Source: an uncultured Syntrophobacterales bacterium (GTDB lineage Bacteria; Desulfobacterota; Syntrophia; Syntrophales; UBA5619). Taken from it: a stretch of 64,000 nt of DNA. A program made the position numbers and the translations under genes. The stretch covers positions 17,005 through 81,004 of the forward strand of contig CAIYSL010000068.1 in the NCBI GenBank assembly GCA_903928915.1, given 5' to 3'. Position 1 is the first letter of the stretch, and every line of letters starts with the position of its first letter. The notes below the pieces were generated by a model. It was given only the letters and a program-made list of their open reading frames with translations. It was not told the DNA's origin and did not search any database. This document shows positions 17,999-26,537 of the stretch, piece after piece.

Positions 17999-18685
17999 AT
18001 GGAGGTACTACCCGCGGGAACAGCCGGAGAGGTCCTTTCCGGGCAGACCGGTAGCCGGCGTTCGGCCGGAACGGAGTCGGGAAGTTTTTCCGCGCTGCTG
18101 ACGGCCAGCCTGGACGCGCAGCAGTCGGCGTCTGTCCCGGTACGGTTGGAGCTGCCGCAGCCGGGACCGGTTCCGGCAAAACCGGAGCCGTCACCCGGCG
18201 ACCCGGGGCGGGGCGGCACCGAACCGGTAGAGTACATCGTCAAGAAGGGCGACACCCTCTGGAAGATCGGCAGGCAGATGTTCAACCGGGACCCGTACCG
18301 GATCGCCAGGGATAACGGGATTGCCAACCCGAACCTGATCAGGCCGGGCCAGAAGCTGCTCATCCACCCCGCCCCCCCCAGCCCCGTCCCTCCCCGCCTG
18401 AAGGGGGAGGTGACCGCCAGCTGGTACGGCGCGGAACACCACGACAAGCTGACGGCCAGCGGCCAGCGGTTCGACATGCACAAGAACACCCTGGCGCACC
18501 GGACGCTGCCCATGGGGACCAAGGTCAGGCTCGTCAACCCCGCGAACGGCAAGTCCGCCGAAGGGGTCGTCAACGACCGGGGGCCCTACATCAAGGGCCG
18601 GGACGTGGATGTCTCCTACGGGCTGGCCCGCCAGCTCGGGTTCGTCAGGAAAGGGGTCACGAAGCTCGACATCGAAACGATCTAG
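17999..18685 (+). CDS. LysM domain plus RlpA-like double-psi beta-barrel protein
   Basis: ATG at 17999 preceded by AAGGAGA. LysM (YIVKKGDTLWKIGRQMF...NPNLIRPGQKLLI). RlpA/DPBB (ASWYGAEHHDKLTASGQRFDMHKNTLAHRTLPMGTKVRLVN...VNDRGPY). Confidence 0.8.
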   Translation: MEVLPAGTAGEVLSGQTGSRRSAGTESGSFSALLTASLDAQQSASVPVRLELPQPGPVPAKPEPSPGDPGRGGTEPVEYIVKKGDTLWKIGRQMFNRDPYRIARDNGIANPNLIRPGQKLLIHPAPPSPVPPRLKGEVTASWYGAEHHDKLTASGQRFDMHKNTLAHRTLPMGTKVRLVNPANGKSAEGVVNDRGPYIKGRDVDVSYGLARQLGFVRKGVTKLDIETI

Positions 18686-18780
18686 GGGGGAATGGGGCAG
18701 CGATCGGCGGCGGGAAGTCGCGTAACCGTGCCGGCGGCAGCGCCGAAGGACTGACGGCGAGGGGAGGGCGCTGCGGGAGT

Positions 18781-19677
18781 TCAGTGGGGTTTGCGCCCCT
18801 CCCGTTTCAGTTTGCGCATCTCCGCCAGGAGCTTGTCGTAGTCCTCGCCCGCCGGGAGCGGCTCATTGCCGCCGGCGGCATCGTACTGTTCCTCCAGTTT
18901 CTTGAGCTGCTCCAGGGCCGTGGCATTCTTGCTGAAGGCCGTATCCATCATCTGCACCAGCGTGCTGCCGGCCTCCCAGAGGTCGTTCAGGTCCACGTCG
19001 AGGCCGGTCAGGGCCAGGACGTTCTTCAGCAGATCGTAGCAGGCCTTCGCGTTCAGGTCCTGGATGTACAGCGGCACCCGCGCGGAGATGCCCGCCATCT
19101 CCACCTCCTGCTCGCGGGCGGCGGAGATCAGCAGCGTGTTGAAACTGGCCGGCCCTTCGTAATCGGTGAACCGGGCGAAGGGGGCAAGATCGTCCTTCAG
19201 CCGCGGGTGGCTGACCGTGGCCATGATCCTCGTCTTCCTGGTGTGCGGGACCTGGTCGAAGATGCCGCCCAGCAGATAGACCCGCGGCGACGCATACTGC
19301 CGGGCCACGGCGAGGATCGCCTGGGCGAATGCCGGCCAGTCCAGGTTCGGCTCGGCGCCCAGAAACAGGATGAGGTCGTGGGCGCCGCCGCTCTTCCAGA
19401 AGAAGAAGTCGTTGCGCGGCATCTCGATCTTCCGCACGATCCCCTCCTTGATCCGGGCCGGGGGGCGCAGGGTTTGCTCGGCGCCGGAGCTCGGGATCTG
19501 ATAGAGGTAAAACCCCGTCGGCTCTATGGAGGCGAACGCGCGCGCCCCGAGTTTGAGACGCAGATAGTCGACGCATCCCGTGGATACATCGCCCGCGTTC
19601 AGCCAGCCCTTGAGGCCGGCCAGGATGTACGGGGCGCTGAGTTGGGGTTTCTCCTGCAGTACGAGACGCCCTTCCAT
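18781..19677 (-). CDS. PAC2 (proteasome assembly chaperone 2-like) family protein
   Basis: ATG at 19677 preceded by GGGAAGGA. YILAGLKGWLNAGDVSTGCVDYL and LFLGAEPNLDW are typical of bacterial PAC2/COG2047 proteins. C-terminal coiled-coil tail. The 88-codon upstream extension in the track is Arg-rich and not coding-like. Confidence 0.75.
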   Translation of the reverse strand: MEGRLVLQEKPQLSAPYILAGLKGWLNAGDVSTGCVDYLRLKLGARAFASIEPTGFYLYQIPSSGAEQTLRPPARIKEGIVRKIEMPRNDFFFWKSGGAHDLILFLGAEPNLDWPAFAQAILAVARQYASPRVYLLGGIFDQVPHTRKTRIMATVSHPRLKDDLAPFARFTDYEGPASFNTLLISAAREQEVEMAGISARVPLYIQDLNAKACYDLLKNVLALTGLDVDLNDLWEAGSTLVQMMDTAFSKNATALEQLKKLEEQYDAAGGNEPLPAGEDYDKLLAEMRKLKREGRKPH

Positions 19678-20288
19678 GCCGTCCTTCCCTGCTCCTTCGC
19701 TACGTGCCGCCCACCGGGCGCGGTACCGGTCACCTCTCCTTATTGGAGTTCGCCTTCGGCGTCGTGTCCGGCGTGTTCTCAGAATAACGGAAAAGAGGCC
19801 GCCCTGACAAGAAGAAATATTTCTGTTTCCGGCGGTCCGGCCGATGTGTATCCCGATTACGGGAATCGGTGAGCGATCCGGGCAGAGCCTCGGAAGGAAC
19901 GTCCTGTCGGTCGAGCGGTCATTTCCTTCTCCCATCGTCAATGAAATGGCTATGCGTCACTAGTGACGTTTTTCGCGAAAAGGGAAACCGTGCTGATTGC
20001 TTTCAAAAAGACTGGTGCGAAATCATGAACATGTGAACAAATCTCCAGTATCTCACTTATACATTATCAATAGCATCCATTAGGCACAGAACGTGCTTAC
20101 GTACCATCGAGATGCTTTAAAGGTTTCCAAGCGGATGCCGATCAGCTTGAATTGACTGGATGACAGCCCCTTAACCGGACAGGCGAGTCCAAGACTGAAC
20201 AGGAAGGCGGAAAGGAGTCTCATACATGAAGGCAGGAAGGAACAAAAAACAGGCGGGCAATCCCGTATCAAAAACAGAGGCGGGGGTT

Positions 20289-22376
20289 ATGAAACCGCGT
20301 GGGGGGGTAACGCGGCGAGATTTTATGAAATATTCGGCCGGAACCGTCGCCTGTCTTTCTTTGGGTTCATTACCCTATGGATGTGGTAGCAGTAACTATG
20401 CACCACAAGTCGCGGGATACCCGATTGATGCCAGGGTTGTAAAAACCACCGAGCGAATGATCGCATTTCCGTATATTGCGGCTTCTGCAGCCCCCCAGCC
20501 GGGTAAGATGCCTAAGCCGGGAGACTCGGCTTTTCCGGCTTCCAGCCCCAACGGCGGGACTGCGCTGACCTGGGATCAATTGTGCCAGATTCAAAACTAT
20601 GACAGACTGGGTTATGGCAAGTGGATATACGTAGACTGGCCCCTCCCGCTCGTGCAGCGGACGGATATCATGCCGGCTAGCTACAATGCCGCAGCCGTCA
20701 CCCCAAAAGCGAGGCTGCTTAACTTTTTCGCCATGACGGATATCCACCTTACCGACAAGGAAGCGCCAAACCAGCTGATCTGGCTCCAGCAGAGTCTTCC
20801 CGGTTACGCCGGGCAAAACAGCTCCATCTACTCGGGGGTCATGCTGTACACCCCCCAGGTCTTCGACGCCGCTATTCAGACGGCAAACGCCCTGCACAAG
20901 AAGAACCCCTTTGACTTCTTCATCTCGCTGGGGGACGTCTGCAACACGAGCATGTACAACGAGCTCAGGTGGTATCTGGACATCATTGACGGCAAGGTCA
21001 TTACCCCCAGTTCCGGCGACCATCGTGGCGCAGACAGCATTGATTATCAGAAGCCGTTCCAGGCAGCGGGTCTGGACAAATCGATCCCGTTCTATCAGAC
21101 CCTCGGTAACCATGACCATTTCATGATCGGTTCGTTCCCTGTCTATGAGTCCGGCCTCGACGGGTCATACATCAGCGATACGGTCTGGTCGGTGTCGAAT
21201 AAACTGCTCACCCCCGTGCCGACCTTTCCGGCCAATATCAACAAGAACAACATCAATGACCCGGATGCAAGATTTTACCAGGGCGTCATCGATGGCACGA
21301 CCCGGTACGGCACCATCAGTAAATCAGGAGCAGTCGGGAGTTATGGCACGCCTCCAAAGGTTGTTGCCGATCCCAACCGCCGTTCACTGCATAGAACGGA
21401 ATGGATTCAGGAGTTTTTCAACACAGCGACCAGTCCGGTTGGCCATGGTTTTAATCTGGTTGCATCCAACCCGAATCTTGGCCTGGTTCCTGCCAACGAA
21501 AGAGCCGGGTTTGCCTGTTACAGCTTTGTGCCCAAGTCGAATGTCCCGCTGAAGGTGATCGTGCTGGACGACACGCAGCGGGAAGACGACGGGTCGGTCG
21601 ACATTCACGGCCACGGGTTTCTTGACGCAACGCGCTGGGCCTGGCTTCAGGCCGAACTTGCAGACGGTCAGGCTGCCAATCAGCTGATGATCATCGCGGC
21701 CCATATCCCGATTGCGGTCGTAAACCCCGGCACTGAGCTAGAATGGTGGCTTGGTGGCTATGATGCTGTTACGAATCCGTTCGGTGACAGGTCTACTACA
21801 ACAAAGAATGCATGTACACTGAAGGAACTGGTTGATACCCTTCAGAACACGACGAACCTGCTGATGTGGATCGCCGGGCATCGCCATGTCAATCACGTTA
21901 AGGCTTTTGTATCGCCTGACCCCGTCAACGCACCCGAAAAAGGATTCTGGCAGGTGGAAAGCTCGTCGTTGCGTGATTTTCCGCAGCAGTTCCGAACTTT
22001 TGAGATCTATCTCAACAGTGACTATACCATTTCAATCGAGGCGGTTAACGTTGATCCGGCAGTTGCGGAAGGAACGCCGGCCGCAACATCGCGAACGTAT
22101 GCGATCGCAACGCAGCAGATACTCCAGAATCCGTTGAAGGCGAATCCTCCGAACTATCAGACGATGTATCATATGGATTTGGGACCGACAGACCCAACCC
22201 GGCTGCGGGGTGGTGACCCACTCAATCAAGGATCAGGAGATGCATATACAGACCCGTCAATCCAGTTTGTTGATCTGACCTCAAAAGGGGTCCCGTACAA
22301 CGCCTCATACAATGCCCAGCTGTTCAAACAATTGAGCCCGGCGATGAAGACACATCTGCGGACACTGTTCCCCTAA
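20289..22376 (+). CDS. Tat-exported metallophosphoesterase (resembles the TIGR03768 RPA4764-type family)
   Basis: Twin-arginine signal MKPRGGVTRRDFMKYSAG. Calcineurin-like motifs I-V: MTDIHLTD, SLGDVCN, LGNHDH, IIAAHIPI, AGHRHVNH. An alternative upstream ATG lies at 20226. Confidence 0.8.
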   Translation: MKPRGGVTRRDFMKYSAGTVACLSLGSLPYGCGSSNYAPQVAGYPIDARVVKTTERMIAFPYIAASAAPQPGKMPKPGDSAFPASSPNGGTALTWDQLCQIQNYDRLGYGKWIYVDWPLPLVQRTDIMPASYNAAAVTPKARLLNFFAMTDIHLTDKEAPNQLIWLQQSLPGYAGQNSSIYSGVMLYTPQVFDAAIQTANALHKKNPFDFFISLGDVCNTSMYNELRWYLDIIDGKVITPSSGDHRGADSIDYQKPFQAAGLDKSIPFYQTLGNHDHFMIGSFPVYESGLDGSYISDTVWSVSNKLLTPVPTFPANINKNNINDPDARFYQGVIDGTTRYGTISKSGAVGSYGTPPKVVADPNRRSLHRTEWIQEFFNTATSPVGHGFNLVASNPNLGLVPANERAGFACYSFVPKSNVPLKVIVLDDTQREDDGSVDIHGHGFLDATRWAWLQAELADGQAANQLMIIAAHIPIAVVNPGTELEWWLGGYDAVTNPFGDRSTTTKNACTLKELVDTLQNTTNLLMWIAGHRHVNHVKAFVSPDPVNAPEKGFWQVESSSLRDFPQQFRTFEIYLNSDYTISIEAVNVDPAVAEGTPAATSRTYAIATQQILQNPLKANPPNYQTMYHMDLGPTDPTRLRGGDPLNQGSGDAYTDPSIQFVDLTSKGVPYNASYNAQLFKQLSPAMKTHLRTLFP

Positions 22377-22425
22377 GGAAAGCAACTGTCTGCGTGGTTA
22401 GTGAAGAAGCCAACCGGGAATTGTG

Positions 22426-22479
22426 AGCGAAAAAAGGCTCAACAAGCAGAGAAAACGCAAGTTGAGCCCTTTTTTCGCT
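22426..22479. terminator. long hairpin flanked by A6/T6 runs (bidirectional intrinsic terminator shape)
   Basis: AGCGAAAAAAGGCTCAAC - 17 nt - GTTGAGCCCTTTTTTCGCT, located 50 nt after the stop at 22376. Confidence 0.6.
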
Positions 22480-22530
22480 ATGCAAAGAGCGATGCCGGAT
22501 AATACGCCCGAGCGATAAGAAAGGTCATCC

Positions 22531-23049
22531 GTGAAACTGTTCAAAGCCATCAAGAACGATTATTTGAAAATTCTTCCGCCAATGATTTATTTCTTCGTCG
22601 CCTTTGTCCTGATCCTGACGACCAAACGAATGATTCTCAGCGAGTATCAAATCTCCTGGACAGGTTTTGGCACGGCGGTTGTCGGCGCCATCCTTGCCGG
22701 CAAAGTGGTGCTGATGGTGGACAAACTGCCCTTTGTCAACCAATTTCCTGATCGGCCGCTGGTCTATAATACGCTTTGGAAAAGCCTTCTTTACTTTCTG
22801 GCCGCGCTGGTTGTCAGTTATCTGAATCAACTCGTTCACTTTCTTCGCAAGCACGAAGGCCTGATGGAAGCAAACCGGCATCTATGGGCTGAAGTGGTAT
22901 GGCCCCACTTCTGGCTTTTGCAGATGTGGCTGGCGGTGCTCTTCCTGATCTTCTGCGCCATGCGGGAACTGATCCGCGTCATCGGCAGAGATAAATTTAT
23001 CCGAATGTTTTTCCGAGTGCGAATTAATAATAGTGAAGGCGGCGTTTAA
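22531..23049 (+). CDS. 4-TM membrane protein of unknown function
   Basis: GTG start. Four hydrophobic segments. The stop overlaps the ATG of the downstream DNase II-like gene by 1 nt (TAATG). Confidence 0.6.
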   Translation: MKLFKAIKNDYLKILPPMIYFFVAFVLILTTKRMILSEYQISWTGFGTAVVGAILAGKVVLMVDKLPFVNQFPDRPLVYNTLWKSLLYFLAALVVSYLNQLVHFLRKHEGLMEANRHLWAEVVWPHFWLLQMWLAVLFLIFCAMRELIRVIGRDKFIRMFFRVRINNSEGGV

Positions 23050-24365
23050 TGAAGCCATCTTCTGAATTGATGGGCAGGGCCATCCGCAACTTCAAGCGAA
23101 AACTCCGCGGGCTCGCCCCGCTGGCCTTAGCACTTGTCCTGCTCGTTTCCCTCAACTCTGCGTGCAGCTCGTCCCCGACTGCTCCATCCGCGCCGGTGCC
23201 GCTTCTTTTTGCCGGTCACCCCGTCGACTGGTGGTTTGTCTTCAAATTCAACTCCGCCAACTTTCCCGAATGCGGCGGAGCTGCCGCGCGTGCCTGCCTG
23301 TTCGGTGGCGAGGTGCAGCAATACTCTCCGTCGTTTGGGCAGCAGTTCGTCTATGCCAGCAATGAAGATGAAGCGCTCCTGGACGGTTCCGGTTGTCTGG
23401 GCGACACCGCCAAGGACCCCGTCGGCGCCACCTTCGATGCGGTGTACAACGGTGACTTCAACTACGTTGTTTGGAACGACCAATTCTACGGCGACCCGCA
23501 GATCGAAGGCTGCACCACGTCTTGCGCCTCTCCCTGGGGCCACTCGAAGGGCATGTTGGCCTGGAATGCCCGGGGTGACGGCCTGGTCATGCAGGTCTCA
23601 ACCCCCTCCTGGCCCGCCGCTGGAAGTAAGTCTTCGCCCCGGCAAACCGACGGCAACACCCTGGGCTGCGTCAAGGACAACAATCTGCTGGTAAGCCAGC
23701 ATTTCTTCGCGCTTAGACTTTCGAAGGATGACGTCGTCAAGGTCCTCACTGCTCTGGTCAACGTCGGCATCGTCACCGACCCCTCGAATCCGCAAATCGT
23801 GCGCAATGGCGGTCCGGTGGACATCCGGCAACTGGTCGGCGCACTCGGCAAACAATCTGCCAGCCGCACCCATATCACCGCCACCCTCTCCAGTGGCGTC
23901 GTGCTGATCTCGAAACCATCGAATCTGCACGTTCCGCCATGGCAGATGGTCTCCGCCATTCTTGGCGGAATTTCCCTGCGTACCGCCACCTGGTGGACCG
24001 ACCCGGAGATCAACTCGACCACCGAATCCACGACCATCGGCTGCTGGGACTCATCGCTCAGCAAACCGGGTGCGGTTGAAATCGCCACCACCGGACAGTG
24101 GAGGAGCCAGACGCTCGGCCTTACCGGCGGGGAGGGTACCGACTTCAACCATGCCAAGATCGGCATTTCCACCTCCGGCGTCGAACCCTATGCCATCTTC
24201 GGTGATATGAATCAGCAGGGCACTCTGTCGGGTCCCAGTTGCGGCAGCAGCCAGAACGGGCGCGGCGGACTTTTCTATGTACTCAAAAACCGGAAACTCC
24301 ACGACAATATCGCGCAATTGATCTCCGGGGCATCGGCGCCTGTGCATGCCAGCCAAGCAAACTGA
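23049..24365 (+). CDS. DNase II family (PLD-superfamily) nuclease, lipoprotein
   Basis: Lipobox LVSLNSAC. Collinear with eukaryotic DNase II: PVDWWFVFKF (PVDWFVVYKLP), WNDQ...GHSKGMLAW...VSTPSWP (YNDQ...GHTKGVL...HSVPNFP), and NHAKIGIS...FGDMNQQ...GRGG (DHSKWCVS...VGDMNRNQ...RGGG). Both HxK motifs are present. Confidence 0.8.
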   Translation: MKPSSELMGRAIRNFKRKLRGLAPLALALVLLVSLNSACSSSPTAPSAPVPLLFAGHPVDWWFVFKFNSANFPECGGAAARACLFGGEVQQYSPSFGQQFVYASNEDEALLDGSGCLGDTAKDPVGATFDAVYNGDFNYVVWNDQFYGDPQIEGCTTSCASPWGHSKGMLAWNARGDGLVMQVSTPSWPAAGSKSSPRQTDGNTLGCVKDNNLLVSQHFFALRLSKDDVVKVLTALVNVGIVTDPSNPQIVRNGGPVDIRQLVGALGKQSASRTHITATLSSGVVLISKPSNLHVPPWQMVSAILGGISLRTATWWTDPEINSTTESTTIGCWDSSLSKPGAVEIATTGQWRSQTLGLTGGEGTDFNHAKIGISTSGVEPYAIFGDMNQQGTLSGPSCGSSQNGRGGLFYVLKNRKLHDNIAQLISGASAPVHASQAN

Positions 24366-24485
24366 ATCAATGGGGGATGGAGGAAGCGTAAAATGACAGG
24401 TGAGAGACCAATTAACGCCCAAGCTGTCTTACCGCGTAAATAACGATTTCCGCTAGCCACGGAACGGATCATTCAAGGAGGATTT

Positions 24486-25946
24486 GTGAAGGTAAAGAAG
24501 ATTTCGGTCATGCAGTTGCTGTTCTTAATGTTTGCCCTGGCTCTGGTTGCCGGATGCGGCGGTTCCGATTCCAATCCAGGCAGTGCGTTAAGCGCCGACA
24601 ATGTCAATTTGATCTTCGTGGTAAGCCCGGATTTGGCCAATCACGCGCAAGGCGACATCAATCCGGACACGGCAAACCTCACCAATCAGGGACTACACCG
24701 TTCGCTGCTCATGGCCACGTACCTGAAAACGCAGATACTGGGGACAAACAACGTAACCGGTATTTACGCACTCGCACCGATGACGCATTTGCAGACCGCA
24801 AACAAATATCCTGACATGACAGCAATCGGGTTCATTCAGCAGTTTGCCCTTCTCAACCAGATCACGCTACCCCTTTATCCTTCGGGGTCCAACTATACCG
24901 CCAACAGCTACCCGATCAATGCTGCGTATGCTCCAGGGGCCGTGCCCAACGGAGTTCATGTGCCGGCTGCATACTGCCCTGATTGCCGGGGGCTGGATTT
25001 CAACAACACCGGAAGCAACAACGATGCGCTGGTATCCGATATCATCAATAAGAAAATCACCGGTTATTATGTCTTTTCGGCGCCTTGGGAGACAATCAGC
25101 TCCTTGTTGGCAAACATAAATACTCTTTATGGATATAACCTGAATCTGCCGGCAACCTATATGGGTACGAATTATGTCTATGCGATCTCCATCGCTCCGT
25201 CGGGAGAAGCGCGCCTCGTTACCTACGACAGCAATCTGAAGCCGTCCTCTGCTTATCCTGTGCTGCCGGCGCCTGTGGCCAGCGCTTCATGCACACACAC
25301 GCAGCAGGTCTATTTCAGCACCGCACGGACCGGAGGGGTTAGTGGCGCCGTAATTCCGGCGAACATAAACACCAACCAAAGGATCTACATTATCCGGCAC
25401 GCAGAGGCGCATCCGGATCCGGGGAACGGTTTTGAAGACGGCAACTTTGTGGGTGCAGGGCAATGGCGGGCGCTGGCCCTTCCCCGTGCTCTCTCCGGGA
25501 AAATACGTCCCAACATGGTTTATTCCATCGACCCCGCACAGTGGTTCTCTACGGGTTATATCAATGTTTCGTATGTCAGGCCCTCATTAACAGTACTGCC
25601 ATATGTTATTGCGAATAATCTGCCCTATTATCTGGTCTCGAGCTTTGATATTGGAGATCCGAACGAACCCCAGCTTGCCGCTGACTTTTTCTTTACCGGC
25701 GGCACGTTCACCAATCAAACCGTGCTGCTGGCGTGGGAGTCCACACGCATTAAACCGCTGATAAATGCGCTCCTCAACAGCTATGGTGCCAGCGGCCTAC
25801 CGCTCCTCCCGACCACTTGGCCGGGTACCGACTACGAAACTATCTGGACCGTGACGCTTGACGCCCGGGGTAACCTGACGGTGAATAACGAGCTGTGCGA
25901 AGGCATCGACTCCGCGGCGCTGCCGGGAACGGCTCCTCAATTCTGA
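24486..25946 (+). CDS. lipoprotein with a histidine-phosphatase (PGAM/SixA-like) domain in the C-terminal half and a degenerate copy in the N-terminal half
   Basis: GTG start, lipobox LALVAGC. C-terminal half has RIYIIRHAEAHPD (RHG-type motif). N-terminal half has LIFVVSPDLANH at the equivalent place. The distal catalytic His could not be located with confidence. Confidence 0.6.
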   Translation: MKVKKISVMQLLFLMFALALVAGCGGSDSNPGSALSADNVNLIFVVSPDLANHAQGDINPDTANLTNQGLHRSLLMATYLKTQILGTNNVTGIYALAPMTHLQTANKYPDMTAIGFIQQFALLNQITLPLYPSGSNYTANSYPINAAYAPGAVPNGVHVPAAYCPDCRGLDFNNTGSNNDALVSDIINKKITGYYVFSAPWETISSLLANINTLYGYNLNLPATYMGTNYVYAISIAPSGEARLVTYDSNLKPSSAYPVLPAPVASASCTHTQQVYFSTARTGGVSGAVIPANINTNQRIYIIRHAEAHPDPGNGFEDGNFVGAGQWRALALPRALSGKIRPNMVYSIDPAQWFSTGYINVSYVRPSLTVLPYVIANNLPYYLVSSFDIGDPNEPQLAADFFFTGGTFTNQTVLLAWESTRIKPLINALLNSYGASGLPLLPTTWPGTDYETIWTVTLDARGNLTVNNELCEGIDSAALPGTAPQF

Positions 25947-26042
25947 GAGTCAGCGCGGGCAACCTGTCGGGCCTGTGAAACGAATAGAGAGGAAATGATC
26001 ATTAACGCAACATAACTCATTACCAAGAATAGGAGACTCACG

Positions 26043-26468
26043 ATGAAGAAAATTACCGTCAGTGCTATTTTGTTGGTCGTTCTGTTTGGACTGGGGATCT
26101 GCTTTGCAGATTCCGGTATTCCCAACCTGGTAGGAACATGGGCCACACAAGCTGAAGGGGCTGTCCTGCTCAAGGGCGGTGCTCACGGAGCCAAGACCCA
26201 CCACAGAGGCGACTTCAGCACCCTCAAGGGCGAAGTGGTCGTAACCAAGCAACAGGGAAGAGTCCTGCATGGAACATTCAAGTCATCACAAGCCACGGAA
26301 AAATTTGTTGCCGTTATTGCCATGGACAACAAGAGCTTCTACCTTGTCGATGAAGATGGTTTCATGGAAGGCCAGATCAGCAACAAAGATCAGATAACGA
26401 TGATTTATCGTCATTCAAGTCCCACCGATACGGTCGTGGCAGTGGGGACCTGGACGCGGAAAAAATAA
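26043..26468 (+). CDS. small secreted protein, lipocalin/beta-barrel-like, unknown function
   Basis: Signal peptide MKKITVSAILLVVLFGLGICFA. The mature part begins NLVGTW and ends VGTWTRKK, with a beta-rich pattern. Confidence 0.55.
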   Translation: MKKITVSAILLVVLFGLGICFADSGIPNLVGTWATQAEGAVLLKGGAHGAKTHHRGDFSTLKGEVVVTKQQGRVLHGTFKSSQATEKFVAVIAMDNKSFYLVDEDGFMEGQISNKDQITMIYRHSSPTDTVVAVGTWTRKK

Positions 26469-26537
26469 CCCATAAACAGGTAATGATCGTCAATACGACG
26501 ATGCATGCAAGAAAGACAAATTGAATAAGGAGAAGAA

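Noticed and set aside
18781-19941. N-terminal extensions of track ORFs. Examples include PAC2 to 19941, cbiG to 34617, cbiL to 36600, cbiO to 39582, cbiA to 43809, cbiC to 43120, cobD/Q to 48468, eamA to 33692, the MFS gene from 16484, the SBP gene from 6180 and the ADH gene from 55533.
   Set aside because: The extensions are Arg-rich, lack homology and often overlap the upstream gene. Internal starts with Shine-Dalgarno sequences or ATGA/GTGA stop-start overlaps fit family N-termini better.
20158-20183. Pho-box-like CTGTC half-sites (minus strand CTGTCCGGTTAAGGGGCTGTCAT) upstream of the Tat phosphoesterase
   Set aside because: The two CTGTC repeats are 16 nt apart rather than the 11-nt periodicity of enterobacterial Pho boxes. 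The PhoB consensus of this lineage is also unknown to me.
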